A stretch of 64,000 bases of DNA from Thermoproteota archaeon (GCA_030837285.1 JAUPKU010000162.1:22274-86273), one strand, 5' to 3'; positions 1-10,049 are shown, counted from the first letter of the stretch. Program-made: numbers and translations. The notes: generated by a model from the sequence alone, not told the origin.

Positions 1-1
1 C

Positions 2-1255
2 AATAGGCGGGAGAAAGCGGAGGAGACGGTTTCGGAGACGCTTCGGAGGGCGCGTCTCACGTTGGGCTCTCTTAAACGAAGTGACATCTTGTGGGTGGGT
101 CCGGTTCAGGGGGGAAACTATCTGGACTTGGTCGCCAAATCTGCTTCTGAGGTTGGGAGGATGCCTTTTCAGATTCACGCTCTGGGCAGTCCTACTCAGG
201 TGATGGAGCGCTATCTGTTCAGTACGCTTGTGGACATGATTGTGGCAGCGAAGAGGAATCTTCCGGCGGAGAGGCCTTTTCACCTCTTTGGTGCTGGTCA
301 CCCGTTTATGCTTGCGCTTGCAGTTGCCTTGGGCTGTGACATCTTTGACTCTGCTGCCTATGCCCTCTACGCGAAGGAGGGGAAGTACATGACTGAGTAT
401 GGGACTGCTAGGCTTAGGAACATGTCTTATTTCCCGTGTTCATGTGGCGTTTGCTCTAGACACACGCCTGCGGAGGTGTTGAAGATGGAGCCTTGGGAGC
501 GTACTCGGTTGCTTGCCTGGCATAATCTTTCGAGCTGTTTCACTGAGATAAGAAGGATTAAGCAGGCGATTAGGGAGGGGCGTCTCTGGGAGCTGCTTGA
601 GGTCAGGTGTAGGAGTCACCCGTCTCTGTTTCAGGCTTTGAAGGGGCTGCGACGATACGGGGAGTTTGTTGAGGCGGGGAGTTTAGTATCTAAAGAGCGT
701 GGTCTCTTCTACTATGATTCTGTGGGCTTGGCGCGGCCTGAGGTAGTCTACTATCGGCGGATACTTGGAGGCTGGGTTCCTCCTGATGTGTATGATGTTC
801 TTTTGCTGCTGCCTCAGAGTACTAGTAAACCGTTTCACGGATCGAAGGAGTACAGGAGAGTTATGAAGCTCTTGGAGGAAGCTTTGGGTGAGCGTTTGGA
901 GCGTGTTCACGTCTGCGTTTATGCTGCGCCCTTCGGGGTGATTCCGACTGAGTTGGACGAGGTTTATCCTCTCTCTCAGTTTGAAGCAGCCTTGCCTTTG
1001 GATGGGGAGACTGTTGAGTATGTTGGAGAGCAGGTTGAGGCATACCTGCTGAGTCAGAAGGGTAGATACGGGTCTGTGGTGTTGCATTATGACGTGGATG
1101 AGCTGGGGAGGAGGGTTGTAGCCGCTTGTGAGAAGGGTTGTAGGATGGTTGGAGCTAGATTCCTTCCATCTCTGGCTGAGGAGAAGACTTGGGGTAAAGC
1201 TGCTCTTGAGAATCTTGTGAAAGTAGTTTCTGGAGAGATGAAGGCTGAGGATTAG
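2..1255 (+). CDS. tgtA: Archaeosine tRNA-guanine transglycosylase family protein (TgtA/ArcS-like), 5'-partial
   Basis: The frame is open from base 2 with no stop before the listed TTG at 62, so the gene continues off the left edge. TGT-type motifs LFGAGHP and the zinc site CSCGVCS...H are present, followed by the PFG.IP C-terminal domain typical of archaeal TGT/ArcS. Confidence 0.8.
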   Translation, partial: NRREKAEETVSETLRRARLTLGSLKRSDILWVGPVQGGNYLDLVAKSASEVGRMPFQIHALGSPTQVMERYLFSTLVDMIVAAKRNLPAERPFHLFGAGHPFMLALAVALGCDIFDSAAYALYAKEGKYMTEYGTARLRNMSYFPCSCGVCSRHTPAEVLKMEPWERTRLLAWHNLSSCFTEIRRIKQAIREGRLWELLEVRCRSHPSLFQALKGLRRYGEFVEAGSLVSKERGLFYYDSVGLARPEVVYYRRILGGWVPPDVYDVLLLLPQSTSKPFHGSKEYRRVMKLLEEALGERLERVHVCVYAAPFGVIPTELDEVYPLSQFEAALPLDGETVEYVGEQVEAYLLSQKGRYGSVVLHYDVDELGRRVVAACEKGCRMVGARFLPSLAEEKTWGKAALENLVKVVSGEMKAED

Positions 1256-1281
1256 CCTTTATGCTTGAGATTTGTAGTGTC

Positions 1282-1289
1282 TTTTTTTT
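1282..1289 (+). terminator. Oligo-T tract (T8) about 27 nt after the tgtA stop; candidate archaeal terminator
   Basis: The sequence reads ...gtgtc tttttttt attatc directly downstream of the TAG stop at 1253-1255. Archaeal RNAP terminates at oligo-T runs. Confidence 0.3.
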
Positions 1290-1729
1290 ATTATCTGGAG
1301 ACTAAATTCATCTTATGAGGGGTTCTTGAGAGTGTTCATTTCTTACTCTGTCTGCTTGTCTCTGAGGCTGAGGCTCTTTTGTTTTAGATGGTGGGGGGTT
1401 GGTAGGCTGTTTCTGGCCTTTGTTTTTGGAATTTGGCTTTTTGCGTGCTTATTAGACTGCGGAAAAGTGCTAAAACGGACTCTTATTCGCATGAACTTGT
1501 ATGGAAACGGAACGTTATTCATGATGAAATGTAACAGAATTTTTCTATTATTTTCCAATATGGGCTATATAATGGATGTTGCTGTCTCTTAGCTTCTTTT
1601 CTCTCTTCATCTCTCGTCTACTAACTCTCTAGCGCGCGTGCAGATGATTTAGTGGTTGAGTACGAAAGATCTTGAAATGGTTAGCCTGTATAAGAAACGT
1701 TTACGTATATTTGTAGTCATAAAGATGGA

Positions 1730-2098
1730 TTGATGTTGATTACTATAGACATTAGTGAACTAGAGAATGGTAGGAATGGCCTCTCTGATTTTCTCAGATC
1801 AAGAATCCACGCATCAATAACTATCAAGGGTAAAACGTTATTCTTGGACTTAAGCGAAGAAAAGCTGTCCCCAAGAGACGTGAAAACGCTTGTGAAAAGT
1901 TTTCTCCATCGTGAAGGTCTATCAGAAATCTACAAGGTAAATGAGGAAAAAGAGGTTGTCAAAATTTTCAAACGTGGAAATGGCGGAGAACGAGAGCGAC
2001 GACCTAAGACGAAGGGAACGCCGCCTTCATCATATGATACTCTACCGTATTTCTTTCCAAATCGCCCGCAAATCCGTAAGCCAAAACTGTCAGACTAA
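1730..2098 (+). CDS. Hypothetical protein with a basic C-terminal tail
   Basis: A 122-aa ORF with ordinary amino-acid composition. I recognise no motif. Confidence 0.35.
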   Translation: MMLITIDISELENGRNGLSDFLRSRIHASITIKGKTLFLDLSEEKLSPRDVKTLVKSFLHREGLSEIYKVNEEKEVVKIFKRGNGGERERRPKTKGTPPSSYDTLPYFFPNRPQIRKPKLSD

Positions 2099-2200
2099 AT
2101 ACTCTTCCTTCAGATTATATCAAGAGCGCTAATAAGTAGAACACTTCCTCTTTCTTTCATGTGGCTTGTTGATGCATGAGACAAATTGGTAAGTTCTATC

Positions 2201-3754
2201 TTAGCCTTCTCTTCCACTGTGAATAAACGTAAGGATGCTTACCACCGCGTACGAAATCATATAAAATACTAGAATGAACACCAAACCGATGTTTGATTGT
2301 TGGAGAGCTTTCCCAATAGTGATAATACACAGTACTACGGCGATAATCTCCAGGTATAAAGTCTTATTCAGCGGAACCTGATACTTCTTGTTTTTCCATT
2401 CGTCAGCACTTCTTTTCAGCGCATATTTCGGCGTTCTTTCAAAAGAGTATTTTCTACTGCTTAAAAGAGCCTTGGCTGCCTGGATTGTGTTATTAATACT
2501 TATGCCAAATCCTATGATGCCAATGACAATAAGGTTCGGGATGCTTCTGATGATGCTTAAGCCTTCGGTTCTCAATGCTATGAGATAAAGTATCCAGACA
2601 GCAGCCCAACATAGAAATAGCAATGTAACAGCCAGTAGAATGAAAGGCTGACCTGCAATTGTATTCAATATTGCCAATGTTATTTGTTCTAAAGCTCTGC
2701 TGGGGTCCTGTCCTAGACCAGCTGGAATTGAAATCACAAGGCCTATCGTATCTATCCCTAATATTCCAGCGATTAGCGCCAGCAAGAAAGAGGTGAAGAT
2801 TAATGGATGAACCAGATAGTACGTTAAGTGTACAAGGGCTTGCATCTTCTGCTTACGACCTACTGTCTTTTCCCTTAACAGGCTTGGAAGTATCTTCTTG
2901 GCTGTTTGAAGAGAACCGCAAGCCCACCTTCCTTGCTGACGTTTAAAGCTTGTTATAGTCGGTGTAAGCTCACATGGAGCAAGGACGTCCCGAAGGAAGA
3001 GGACTCTGTATCCCTTCATCTGAATTCTGTAACTAGCATCCAAATCCTCAGCAAGCGTGTCGGATTGCCATCCTCCAGCATCTCTTAATGCTTTGGATCG
3101 AATTACTCCACCACTTCCATTAAAGTTGAGGAAACACTGTGACGCATATCTGCCTGGTTGCTCAATCAGAAAATGGGCGTTCATCCCTATCGCCACTGCT
3201 CTTGTGATGAAGTTGTATTCTCTGTTAAGGTAACTCCATCTGCCCTGGACAATGCCTACTTTTTCGTCAATGGCAATATGTGGAATGATATCCATTAGAA
3301 AATTAGGCGGAGGCAAAAAGTCCGAATCAAAAATCACTATATAATCCTCACTTGTTCTTTCTAGAGCTTTCTGAAGCGCCCCAGCCTTGTATCCTGCTCT
3401 GTTTTCCCTGTGGATAACTTCCATTCTGAAGCCTTGACTGGAATATGTTCGAGCCAACATCTCTAGCTCTTGCGTTGTTTCATCACTTGAATCGTCTAGA
3501 ATCATAGTCCTTACCAATTCTTTCCCGTAGCTTTCAGCCATATTTGTACATGACTCCAGTAGCCTTCCTACCACATACTTCTCGTTATAGACTGGCAGGT
3601 GTACAGCCACAGGTGGCCTTTCGTTTACGGGTAAATCCCGTTTCGGAATCTTGTATCCTCGTGAGGCTCCGATGAGATAGAAGCAGTTGTAACCATAGAT
3701 GAAAAACATCAGAGTGACGAAGATTGAAATGATGAGCAATATGTTTTCCATCAA
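2201..3754 (-). CDS. Family-2 glycosyltransferase, processive synthase type (cellulose/chitin-synthase-like)
   Basis: Carries the D,D,D,QxxRW set (LDDSSD, FDSDF, AEDLD, QQGRW), one N-terminal TM and a C-terminal TM bundle. Its start overlaps the upstream gene's stop (ATGA at 3751-3754). Confidence 0.85.
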   Translation of the reverse strand: MMENILLIISIFVTLMFFIYGYNCFYLIGASRGYKIPKRDLPVNERPPVAVHLPVYNEKYVVGRLLESCTNMAESYGKELVRTMILDDSSDETTQELEMLARTYSSQGFRMEVIHRENRAGYKAGALQKALERTSEDYIVIFDSDFLPPPNFLMDIIPHIAIDEKVGIVQGRWSYLNREYNFITRAVAIGMNAHFLIEQPGRYASQCFLNFNGSGGVIRSKALRDAGGWQSDTLAEDLDASYRIQMKGYRVLFLRDVLAPCELTPTITSFKRQQGRWACGSLQTAKKILPSLLREKTVGRKQKMQALVHLTYYLVHPLIFTSFLLALIAGILGIDTIGLVISIPAGLGQDPSRALEQITLAILNTIAGQPFILLAVTLLFLCWAAVWILYLIALRTEGLSIIRSIPNLIVIGIIGFGISINNTIQAAKALLSSRKYSFERTPKYALKRSADEWKNKKYQVPLNKTLYLEIIAVVLCIITIGKALQQSNIGLVFILVFYMISYAVVSILTFIHSGREG

Positions 3755-4764
3755 TGTTTTTTCAAGACCTTCCTTGTCCTATTGACAATACTTGATCCAT
3801 AAACGATTAAGACCAAATATACTATAATCCATGATATGAAGAACAACTCTCCATAGTTATCATGGAATATACTTGCCTCGACGTTACCAATTTTAAGTCC
3901 CACGACAAAGATTGTCACTATCCTAAAAATATTGGTTGCAAATGTCCCCATCGCCCCTACTACAACGTATAATATTTTCCGCAGTAGAGAGTAAGAAGTG
4001 TCTTTAATGAAGAGAAGAATCATCCCCGAGTAAATGACGAGACTCTGAATGCCAGCGCTCGGCCAATAGACCGCCGCGCTAAAAGACAAGTTCCCTCCCA
4101 TAACTGTAAGAAGGACACCTGGACCCCTCCAATCAGATATTTCTCCCACAAGAGTTCTGAATCCTAACAATTCTAGGATTCGAGCGGCAGATCTGGTTGT
4201 TAATGGCACAAATACCTGTAAGGCTCCAACGATTCCGTAAGGAGCAAACGTATTTAGTATGAAGAAGATGGCAGTAGACCAGATGAAGAATATGGCTGCG
4301 AGAAATCCCTTAAGCCCGTAGAATCCGTAAACCAGAACAACCGTCAAGGTGAAAGAACTTGCGAACACCAAATATTCTAGTGATATTGGCCAAGAGACGT
4401 CGATGAACCATTTTCCAAAAATTAAGTATGGCACACCGATACTCTTCCCGAGCTCCGATACAACATTATTGAGTCCCCAAAAAGATGTGGCTACTACGTA
4501 TATTGTAGGAATAGTCATGGCAATTATGGCAGCCAGAATCCTCTTTTCAAAAACAACTCTGCTTTTAAATCTTCTATACGCGAGAGCTATTTCTAACCCG
4601 AAGAACCAGACAAATAGAATATAAGGCGTCCTAGCCTCCCAGACGAGCTGGAAAGAATCTGGATTAAGAAAAAAAAGTATTGCTACAGGCAGTATGAAGA
4701 ATATGATAATGATTAAGATTGAAGAGTAATTGATTAAACTCGATAAGATTCTTGATCTATCCAT
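3751..4764 (-). CDS. Exosortase/archaeosortase-family membrane protein, Cys-free variant (candidate PEF-CTERM archaeosortase)
   Basis: Polytopic membrane protein with the ordered blocks WPSAGIQSL, TNIFRIV (NxxR) and IFHDNYGELFF (His block). There is no Cys anywhere in the 337 aa. Confidence 0.65.
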   Translation of the reverse strand: MDRSRILSSLINYSSILIIIIFFILPVAILFFLNPDSFQLVWEARTPYILFVWFFGLEIALAYRRFKSRVVFEKRILAAIIAMTIPTIYVVATSFWGLNNVVSELGKSIGVPYLIFGKWFIDVSWPISLEYLVFASSFTLTVVLVYGFYGLKGFLAAIFFIWSTAIFFILNTFAPYGIVGALQVFVPLTTRSAARILELLGFRTLVGEISDWRGPGVLLTVMGGNLSFSAAVYWPSAGIQSLVIYSGMILLFIKDTSYSLLRKILYVVVGAMGTFATNIFRIVTIFVVGLKIGNVEASIFHDNYGELFFISWIIVYLVLIVYGSSIVNRTRKVLKKH

Positions 4765-4874
4765 TTATGACTTTCCAATCCATTTTTCTAAACCAAAGGC
4801 GTAACAAATCCTATCAATTGAGGCAACTTATTTTTATTTCCTTCATAATATACAGAATTGTGGTTAATATTAGT

Positions 4875-5531
4875 ATGACCCGTAAACTACCGTTTGATAA
4901 ACTCTTCCAAACCGTCAAGTGGATAATAGAAGGATTAGCTGTTGGGGCAATTATCTTTTCTGTCACATCCATCATTCTCAAGCAGCTCTGGGTGGCTCCT
5001 CTAGGAAACATCAGCTCTTTCTCACTCTTGTCCTTAGCTCTGATTTACCTCTTATCCGAGTCATCATTAATTAGAGCAGGTTTGGAACTGGTTGAAGCCA
5101 TGGTTCTGTCGATTCTATTTGCATTCACATATCTGCAATCCTACGAGCTAATCTATCATTTCTCCTTCCCAATATACCTCAACTACTTCAGATTACCCAT
5201 TCTCGATGGTGAAGGAGCTAGGTACCTAATAGAGCGCCTTCCCGCAGTTCTGCCCATAGCACTAATGCGGAAGCACATGGCCTTCCATAGAATATCAGCA
5301 ATTTTCTTGCTTCTATTCATGACTATATGGGCAATATGGTTACTCTATGGGTTTCCCCAATACTTCGCACAAGACACCTTCTATCCTACCATACTAAAGA
5401 CTAGTGACCAGTACATATTGAGTCTAACGCTGAACTTCGGTTCTAAACTCGTCTTAGCATTATTTTTCATCTCGCTACTAAAACTCGACTTAACTCAAAA
5501 TCCAGTACTAACACTACTGAAGTTTTCATGA
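4875..5531 (+). CDS. Hypothetical polytopic membrane protein
   Basis: The listed ORF starts at TTG 4752, overlapping the divergent gene. The first ATG (4875, MTRKLPF...) is the more plausible start. Several hydrophobic segments; no motif recognised. Confidence 0.45.
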   Translation: MTRKLPFDKLFQTVKWIIEGLAVGAIIFSVTSIILKQLWVAPLGNISSFSLLSLALIYLLSESSLIRAGLELVEAMVLSILFAFTYLQSYELIYHFSFPIYLNYFRLPILDGEGARYLIERLPAVLPIALMRKHMAFHRISAIFLLLFMTIWAIWLLYGFPQYFAQDTFYPTILKTSDQYILSLTLNFGSKLVLALFFISLLKLDLTQNPVLTLLKFS

Positions 5532-5549
5532 ATTAAAAAAATAAGAATG

Positions 5550-6011
5550 CTAGTCTGTAACTCGTTCAGGCCAATACTCTAAACTTCTAAATCCTTTTAG
5601 CGATTGCTTTCTCTCGATGTAAAGCAGCGCCATAGATGACAATGTCAGAAGCAGAATCGTTGAAATTATTGTTGGAAATTCTGGTATGACAGTCGTACCT
5701 ATGACTTCGATCTTGTGGGTGCTGTGGGTGTAGAAGATTTATATGAAATAATGTGTTCCATTGAATGCTTAAGTATAGCCCGCGTTCAGAAATAAAGGTG
5801 ATCCATCGAGTTTCACGGTTAAAGTTCCTCCAAGCAAGGCACTGGGGAATGAGATGTTACATAACCCTGATGTCCCCCTCAACCCTGTCACGTTGAAGCT
5901 GATCTACTTCAAAGTGATGCGCGCTAGCTGTCAGATGTTCTCATGAACACTTGAGTAAAGTGGTGAAAGTAGCTAACATATAGAATCTACATGGCTATAC
6001 AGAGGCCAATC
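5550..6011 (-). pseudogene. Decayed PEF-CTERM surface-protein gene (3' part)
   Basis: One minus-strand frame reads ...ISFNVTGLRGTSGLCNISFPSALLGGTLTVKLDGSPLFLNAGYT*AFNGTHYFI*IFYTHSTHKIEVIGTTVIPEFPTIISTILLLTLSSMALLYIERK...* . This is a PEF motif, a TM helix and a basic tail. At least 4 in-frame stops of types TAA, TAG and TGA occur further upstream, and there is no start codon. Confidence 0.6.
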
Positions 6012-6281
6012 TGAAGGAGAAAAAAACCTTTCTAAAGAACCTAGTTTTAGTCAAAGTCTAATCGCGCGTTAGCAATCTAAATGGGGAGTAGTTTTCATCT
6101 ACCTTTTTCACTTTAAAGGAGGACAAGGCCTAGGTGTGGTAGACTTCTTAAACCCCTAAAAGAACAATTCGCTAATGACAAAATAGCCTTTATTCATTTA
6201 AGATACAGATTCCACTTCCATAAAATCACGCATACTGTTAATGCGTGCGCTAATTGGTTTAATTGTTTATTTTGAATTGAG

Positions 6282-6677
6282 CTAGGAGGGTAGAGGATTA
6301 TTAGTCCCTCTTTTTAGTGTAATGTTCTTCTGGTAGTCTTTGAATGCTTCGATGAAGTCTTCTGCAAACCTATTCGCGTATTTCTCTGTTCCTCTATGCT
6401 CCGCACCATGTGTTCGGAGGTGATGGTAAAACTCGTGGAGGATTACAAATGGGTTGTTGAGGTAGTCCTGATTTGTTATGTGGATCGTCTTGGTCTTGGA
6501 GACGTAGCATCCAAGGTTCTTTCGGTGTCCTTTGGGCATTCCAACCTTCAGACTTGGTTCTTCAACGTTGTAGTGGCAGCTCAGCATCCCTATCGCATCT
6601 GTACTTTCTTTAGTGAGGATCATCTGAACGATCTTGACTTTGAATAGATTTTCCTCTTCTCCCTCTTCTTCAGGCAT
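6282..6677 (-). CDS. Small putative zinc metallopeptidase (HExxH)
   Basis: Contains ILHEFYHHLRTHG (HExxH followed by a further His) in a 131-aa protein with an acidic N-terminus. Confidence 0.45.
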   Translation of the reverse strand: MPEEEGEEENLFKVKIVQMILTKESTDAIGMLSCHYNVEEPSLKVGMPKGHRKNLGCYVSKTKTIHITNQDYLNNPFVILHEFYHHLRTHGAEHRGTEKYANRFAEDFIEAFKDYQKNITLKRGTNNPLPS

Positions 6678-6884
6678 TGGAGTTTCTCCTTTCCTCGTTG
6701 CAGTCTTGAACCCTATTGTGGTTCCGTAATAAGCCTTCTTCGGTTAACAAGGGTGGACATCTATTATTCAATTGCACCGGATGGCTCAACCATTGCAATA
6801 GATAGACTCGTTACAAAGTAAATTACTCTCCGTTCTAGCTTAACCACTCTTTTCATGTAACTTATAAATTAGCCAATTAGCGTG

Positions 6885-7640
6885 TTAGGGAAGATTTGAA
6901 AAAATACCTAAGAAAACTGCTATATCGGTTCCTGCATGGAACAAAATGGATCCTAGTGTGCTATTGGTTTTCTGCATTAATGCACCCCATGCAAGGCCGA
7001 GTAGAAACGTGAATATAATTAGAGCAAATGTGTAGGGCGTGTATGCTATTTGTCCTCTTCCGGCTACTGCGTGACTCAACGAAAATATGATGGCTTGTAA
7101 GAGGTTGGAGTAACCTAGTCCCAGCAGAGGTTCATATTTTTTGAGGAAGAGGCCTCTGTACAGTAGTTCTTCTCTGATGCCATTTGCCATTATGGTTATG
7201 AGCAGCCAGGGTGCCCAGGCAATTGCCTTCTCCAGGCTTAAGTTCTGACCTTGGAACAAGTATGTGGCTTCGGGAACAGACGCTGCGGCGAAGATGAAGA
7301 AACCAGCTATGCCAGCAACAAGTCCTAGTCTGATGTTTCCCTTCTGTAGAAAAAGCGCGGCCCAGTTATCCCCTGAAATCATGGATAGTACAATAATTGG
7401 TGTAATAACCAACACTGTGCTTAACACCATACTTAAAACTACACTGGTGATGGACGTCGTCTGCCAATTGAGGAAGGCACTTGTTGTCTGTAGACTGAGG
7501 GCGAAAGAGGCAATGAAGAATGATAGGAAAATCCTCCAGTACTTTTTGAAGGTTTCCTTTCTGTACATTACAACGGATAGCAAGAGGAATGTGGTTGAAA
7601 GGCCCATTCGGTATACCAAATCATAGTTAGGTGGAATCAT
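6885..7640 (-). CDS. CPBP family intramembrane glutamic endopeptidase (CAAX protease/Abi)
   Basis: Shows the three family motifs REELLYRG (EExxxR), FSLSHA (FxxxH) and LFHAGTD (HxxxD/N) within a multi-TM protein. Confidence 0.8.
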   Translation of the reverse strand: MIPPNYDLVYRMGLSTTFLLLSVVMYRKETFKKYWRIFLSFFIASFALSLQTTSAFLNWQTTSITSVVLSMVLSTVLVITPIIVLSMISGDNWAALFLQKGNIRLGLVAGIAGFFIFAAASVPEATYLFQGQNLSLEKAIAWAPWLLITIMANGIREELLYRGLFLKKYEPLLGLGYSNLLQAIIFSLSHAVAGRGQIAYTPYTFALIIFTFLLGLAWGALMQKTNSTLGSILFHAGTDIAVFLGIFSNLP

Positions 7641-7744
7641 CGAGAAGGGAAAGACTAGTAAACCTTAGAGAGAGGAAAGGCTGATGCCGCATATTAGGAA
7701 CAACAGGAATAGACTGAGATGATTTAAATTCTTTAGAACGCTTT

Positions 7745-8215
7745 TCATATTTTTTCACCAATAATATTTTTATGATCTCCATGACTTGTTTGTGGAGAGT
7801 ATCCATTCACTCCCATGAATGGGATGAAGGTTGTAGCTATTGTGAGAAGACCGCCAAAAACGCGAAAAATCATCCCTAGGCGAGTTGCCTTGTATCTTTT
7901 GTTCTGTTTTTGTTTGACTTGTTTCTCTTCGTATTCGGTAAGCTGCTGTTGAATGGGTGCCTGAAACTCCTCCACGACCGCTTTTCTTCCTGCTCTCTTG
8001 AGAGCTGGTATGGATAAAGAGGAAAGAAGGATCATGGGCTCCTTGCCTCTTCCTTTAACGCATCCAAAAAGGTTCTTTTTCTTCCAGAGAGTTTTCACTA
8101 TACTTCTCTAGTCTTGACTTGGCTTCCTCAGAAGTCAATCCTCTCGCTGGATCTATTTCCAGTTGCTTAAGGCCATCCTCAAGTTTCTTCGACGCCCAAT
8201 CAGTTGCCCTATTCG
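7745..8215 (-). pseudogene. Remnant of the N-terminus of a P-type cation ATPase
   Basis: The minus strand reads ...DWASKKLEDGLKQLEIDPARGLTSEEAKSRLEKYSENSLEEKEPFW, the classic Cation_ATPase_N signature. It then shifts frame into the listed 117-aa ORF (..KEPMILLSSLSIPALK..). The roughly 700 aa catalytic body is missing. Confidence 0.5.
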
Positions 8216-8861
8216 CAGTGCCTATAGCAATAAATCATCCCATAATTCCTTTCCTTTCAGATAATTCATTTTTTTAAGCTTAAGCTGACCTTGTAAATCA
8301 ACGCGTTCAATTATCTAAAAACAAGTTAAATCTGTATTCGTTGTCATGAAAAGTAATTAACCAATTTTTCCAGTCTGTTTGTCTGAACCGCTTCAACAAT
8401 AATTACTTGTCTCTATTTTTTGGTCAGAAGATTTATGTAAACTAATCCTCAATGTATACATAGTCTGCATATCTCTTGAGATCCAGTAGGTTCACGTAAT
8501 CTGAATATTCCTCTTGATATGTTGACAGGTAGACCTTTTATCTTTCTAACCATTCTCCTTTTTTTCCATTATTCTTTCAACTACGGCTCTAAAGAAAAAC
8601 TAAGTACTAAACCAAATAATGCGCACGCCCTCTAAAACAGAATATATTAATGTCATATGATGGATATAATATTTATAACGTGCACTACAGCGGTACACGA
8701 TCTCAATTCTATCATCTTCTGAGTTAGGCCAAGCTAGAAATATCGTGAAGAAGATCCCGACTCTTTCTAGCCAAAACTTAATCTTTTTTAAGTCCGTCAT
8801 ATTCTGATACATTAGCAAATTACCGTGGTAAGTTAATAGTAATCTTGATTCAACCTTTGAG

Positions 8862-10049
8862 ATGATTAAATTGAATGGTAGGTATTTTTTTACATCTGAA
8901 TCTGTTGCAGAAGGTCATCCGGATAAGGTTAGTGATCAAATATCGGATGCTATTCTTGACGAGATAATAAAGAGAGATTCTAAAGCTAGAGTTGACTGTG
9001 AAACATTGATAATGAAAGGAGTCGTTCTCGTTACAGGTCAGATAACTACTTCTTGTTATGTAAATATACCAAGCATAATTAGGCAAACTCTGAAAGAAAT
9101 TGGATTTAATAATGCTAAAGATGGATTGGACTGGGAAACTTGTGGTATTCTAGTATCTGTGGAAGAACAATCTCCAGATATTTCAATTGGAGTAACTGAA
9201 ACCAAAACTCATGAGCAAGGTGCGGGAGACCAAGGTATGATGTTTGGGTATGCTTGTAATGAAACAAAAGAATTAATGCCTTTGCCTATCATGTTAGCTC
9301 ACAAACTTGTGATGAGACTTGCAGAAGTGAGAAAGAAAAAAATATTAACTTATCTACGACCTGATGGAAAATCGCAGGTCACAGTAGAGTATGATAATGT
9401 CAAGCCGATGAGAGTTGATTCGGTTGTTATTGCAGCACAACACCTTGCAAAAATAAATATAGAGAAATTAAGAGCAGATATACTCAAAGAAGTAATCAAA
9501 GAAGTAATACCTCCAGAATTGTTAGATGAGAATACAAAATATTTTATAAACGGAACTGGAAGGTTTGTTATTGGAGGCACTTTAGCAGATACTGGTCTAA
9601 CAGGAAGGAAAATAATTGTTGATACGTATGGCGGTATAAGCAGCCATGGTGGAGGATGTTTTTCTGGTAAAGATCCGTCAAAGGTTGACAGATCAGGTTC
9701 ATATATGGCAAGATACATTGCAAAGAACATTGTTGCTTCAGGATTAGCTGATAAATGTGGAGTTCAGATAGCATATGCTATCGGTATAGCTGACCCATTG
9801 TCTGTTATGGTTGATACTTATGGAACTGGCAAAATTCCTGAAGAAGAAATTGCAGAATTAGTCAAGAAACATTTTGACATGAAACCTAAAGCAATAATTG
9901 ATAATCTAAACCTACTTAGACCCATTTATAGGAAAACTGCTGTTTACGGGCATTTTGGCAGGAATGATCCAGATTTCACTTGGGAAGAAACCAATAAAGC
10001 AGAGATACTCAGAAAGGAAGCTAGCAACAGAAAAGCGGCTCTTAGATAG
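8862..10049 (+). CDS. metK: S-adenosylmethionine synthetase, bacterial/eukaryotic type
   Basis: Contains [33 protein letters not shown] and [17 protein letters not shown] at a full length of 395 aa. Confidence 0.95.
   Translation: MIKLNGRYFFTSESVAEGHPDKVSDQISDAILDEIIKRDSKARVDCETLIMKGVVLVTGQITTSCYVNIPSIIRQTLKEIGFNNAKDGLDWETCGILVSVEEQSPDISIGVTETKTHEQGAGDQGMMFGYACNETKELMPLPIMLAHKLVMRLAEVRKKKILTYLRPDGKSQVTVEYDNVKPMRVDSVVIAAQHLAKINIEKLRADILKEVIKEVIPPELLDENTKYFINGTGRFVIGGTLADTGLTGRKIIVDTYGGISSHGGGCFSGKDPSKVDRSGSYMARYIAKNIVASGLADKCGVQIAYAIGIADPLSVMVDTYGTGKIPEEEIAELVKKHFDMKPKAIIDNLNLLRPIYRKTAVYGHFGRNDPDFTWEETNKAEILRKEASNRKAALR

Noticed and set aside
8216-8861. Possible SAM riboswitch or other leader upstream of the bacterial-type metK.
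   Set aside because: I found none of the conserved SAM-I/S-box blocks and no obvious stable stem. The region is simply AT-rich.
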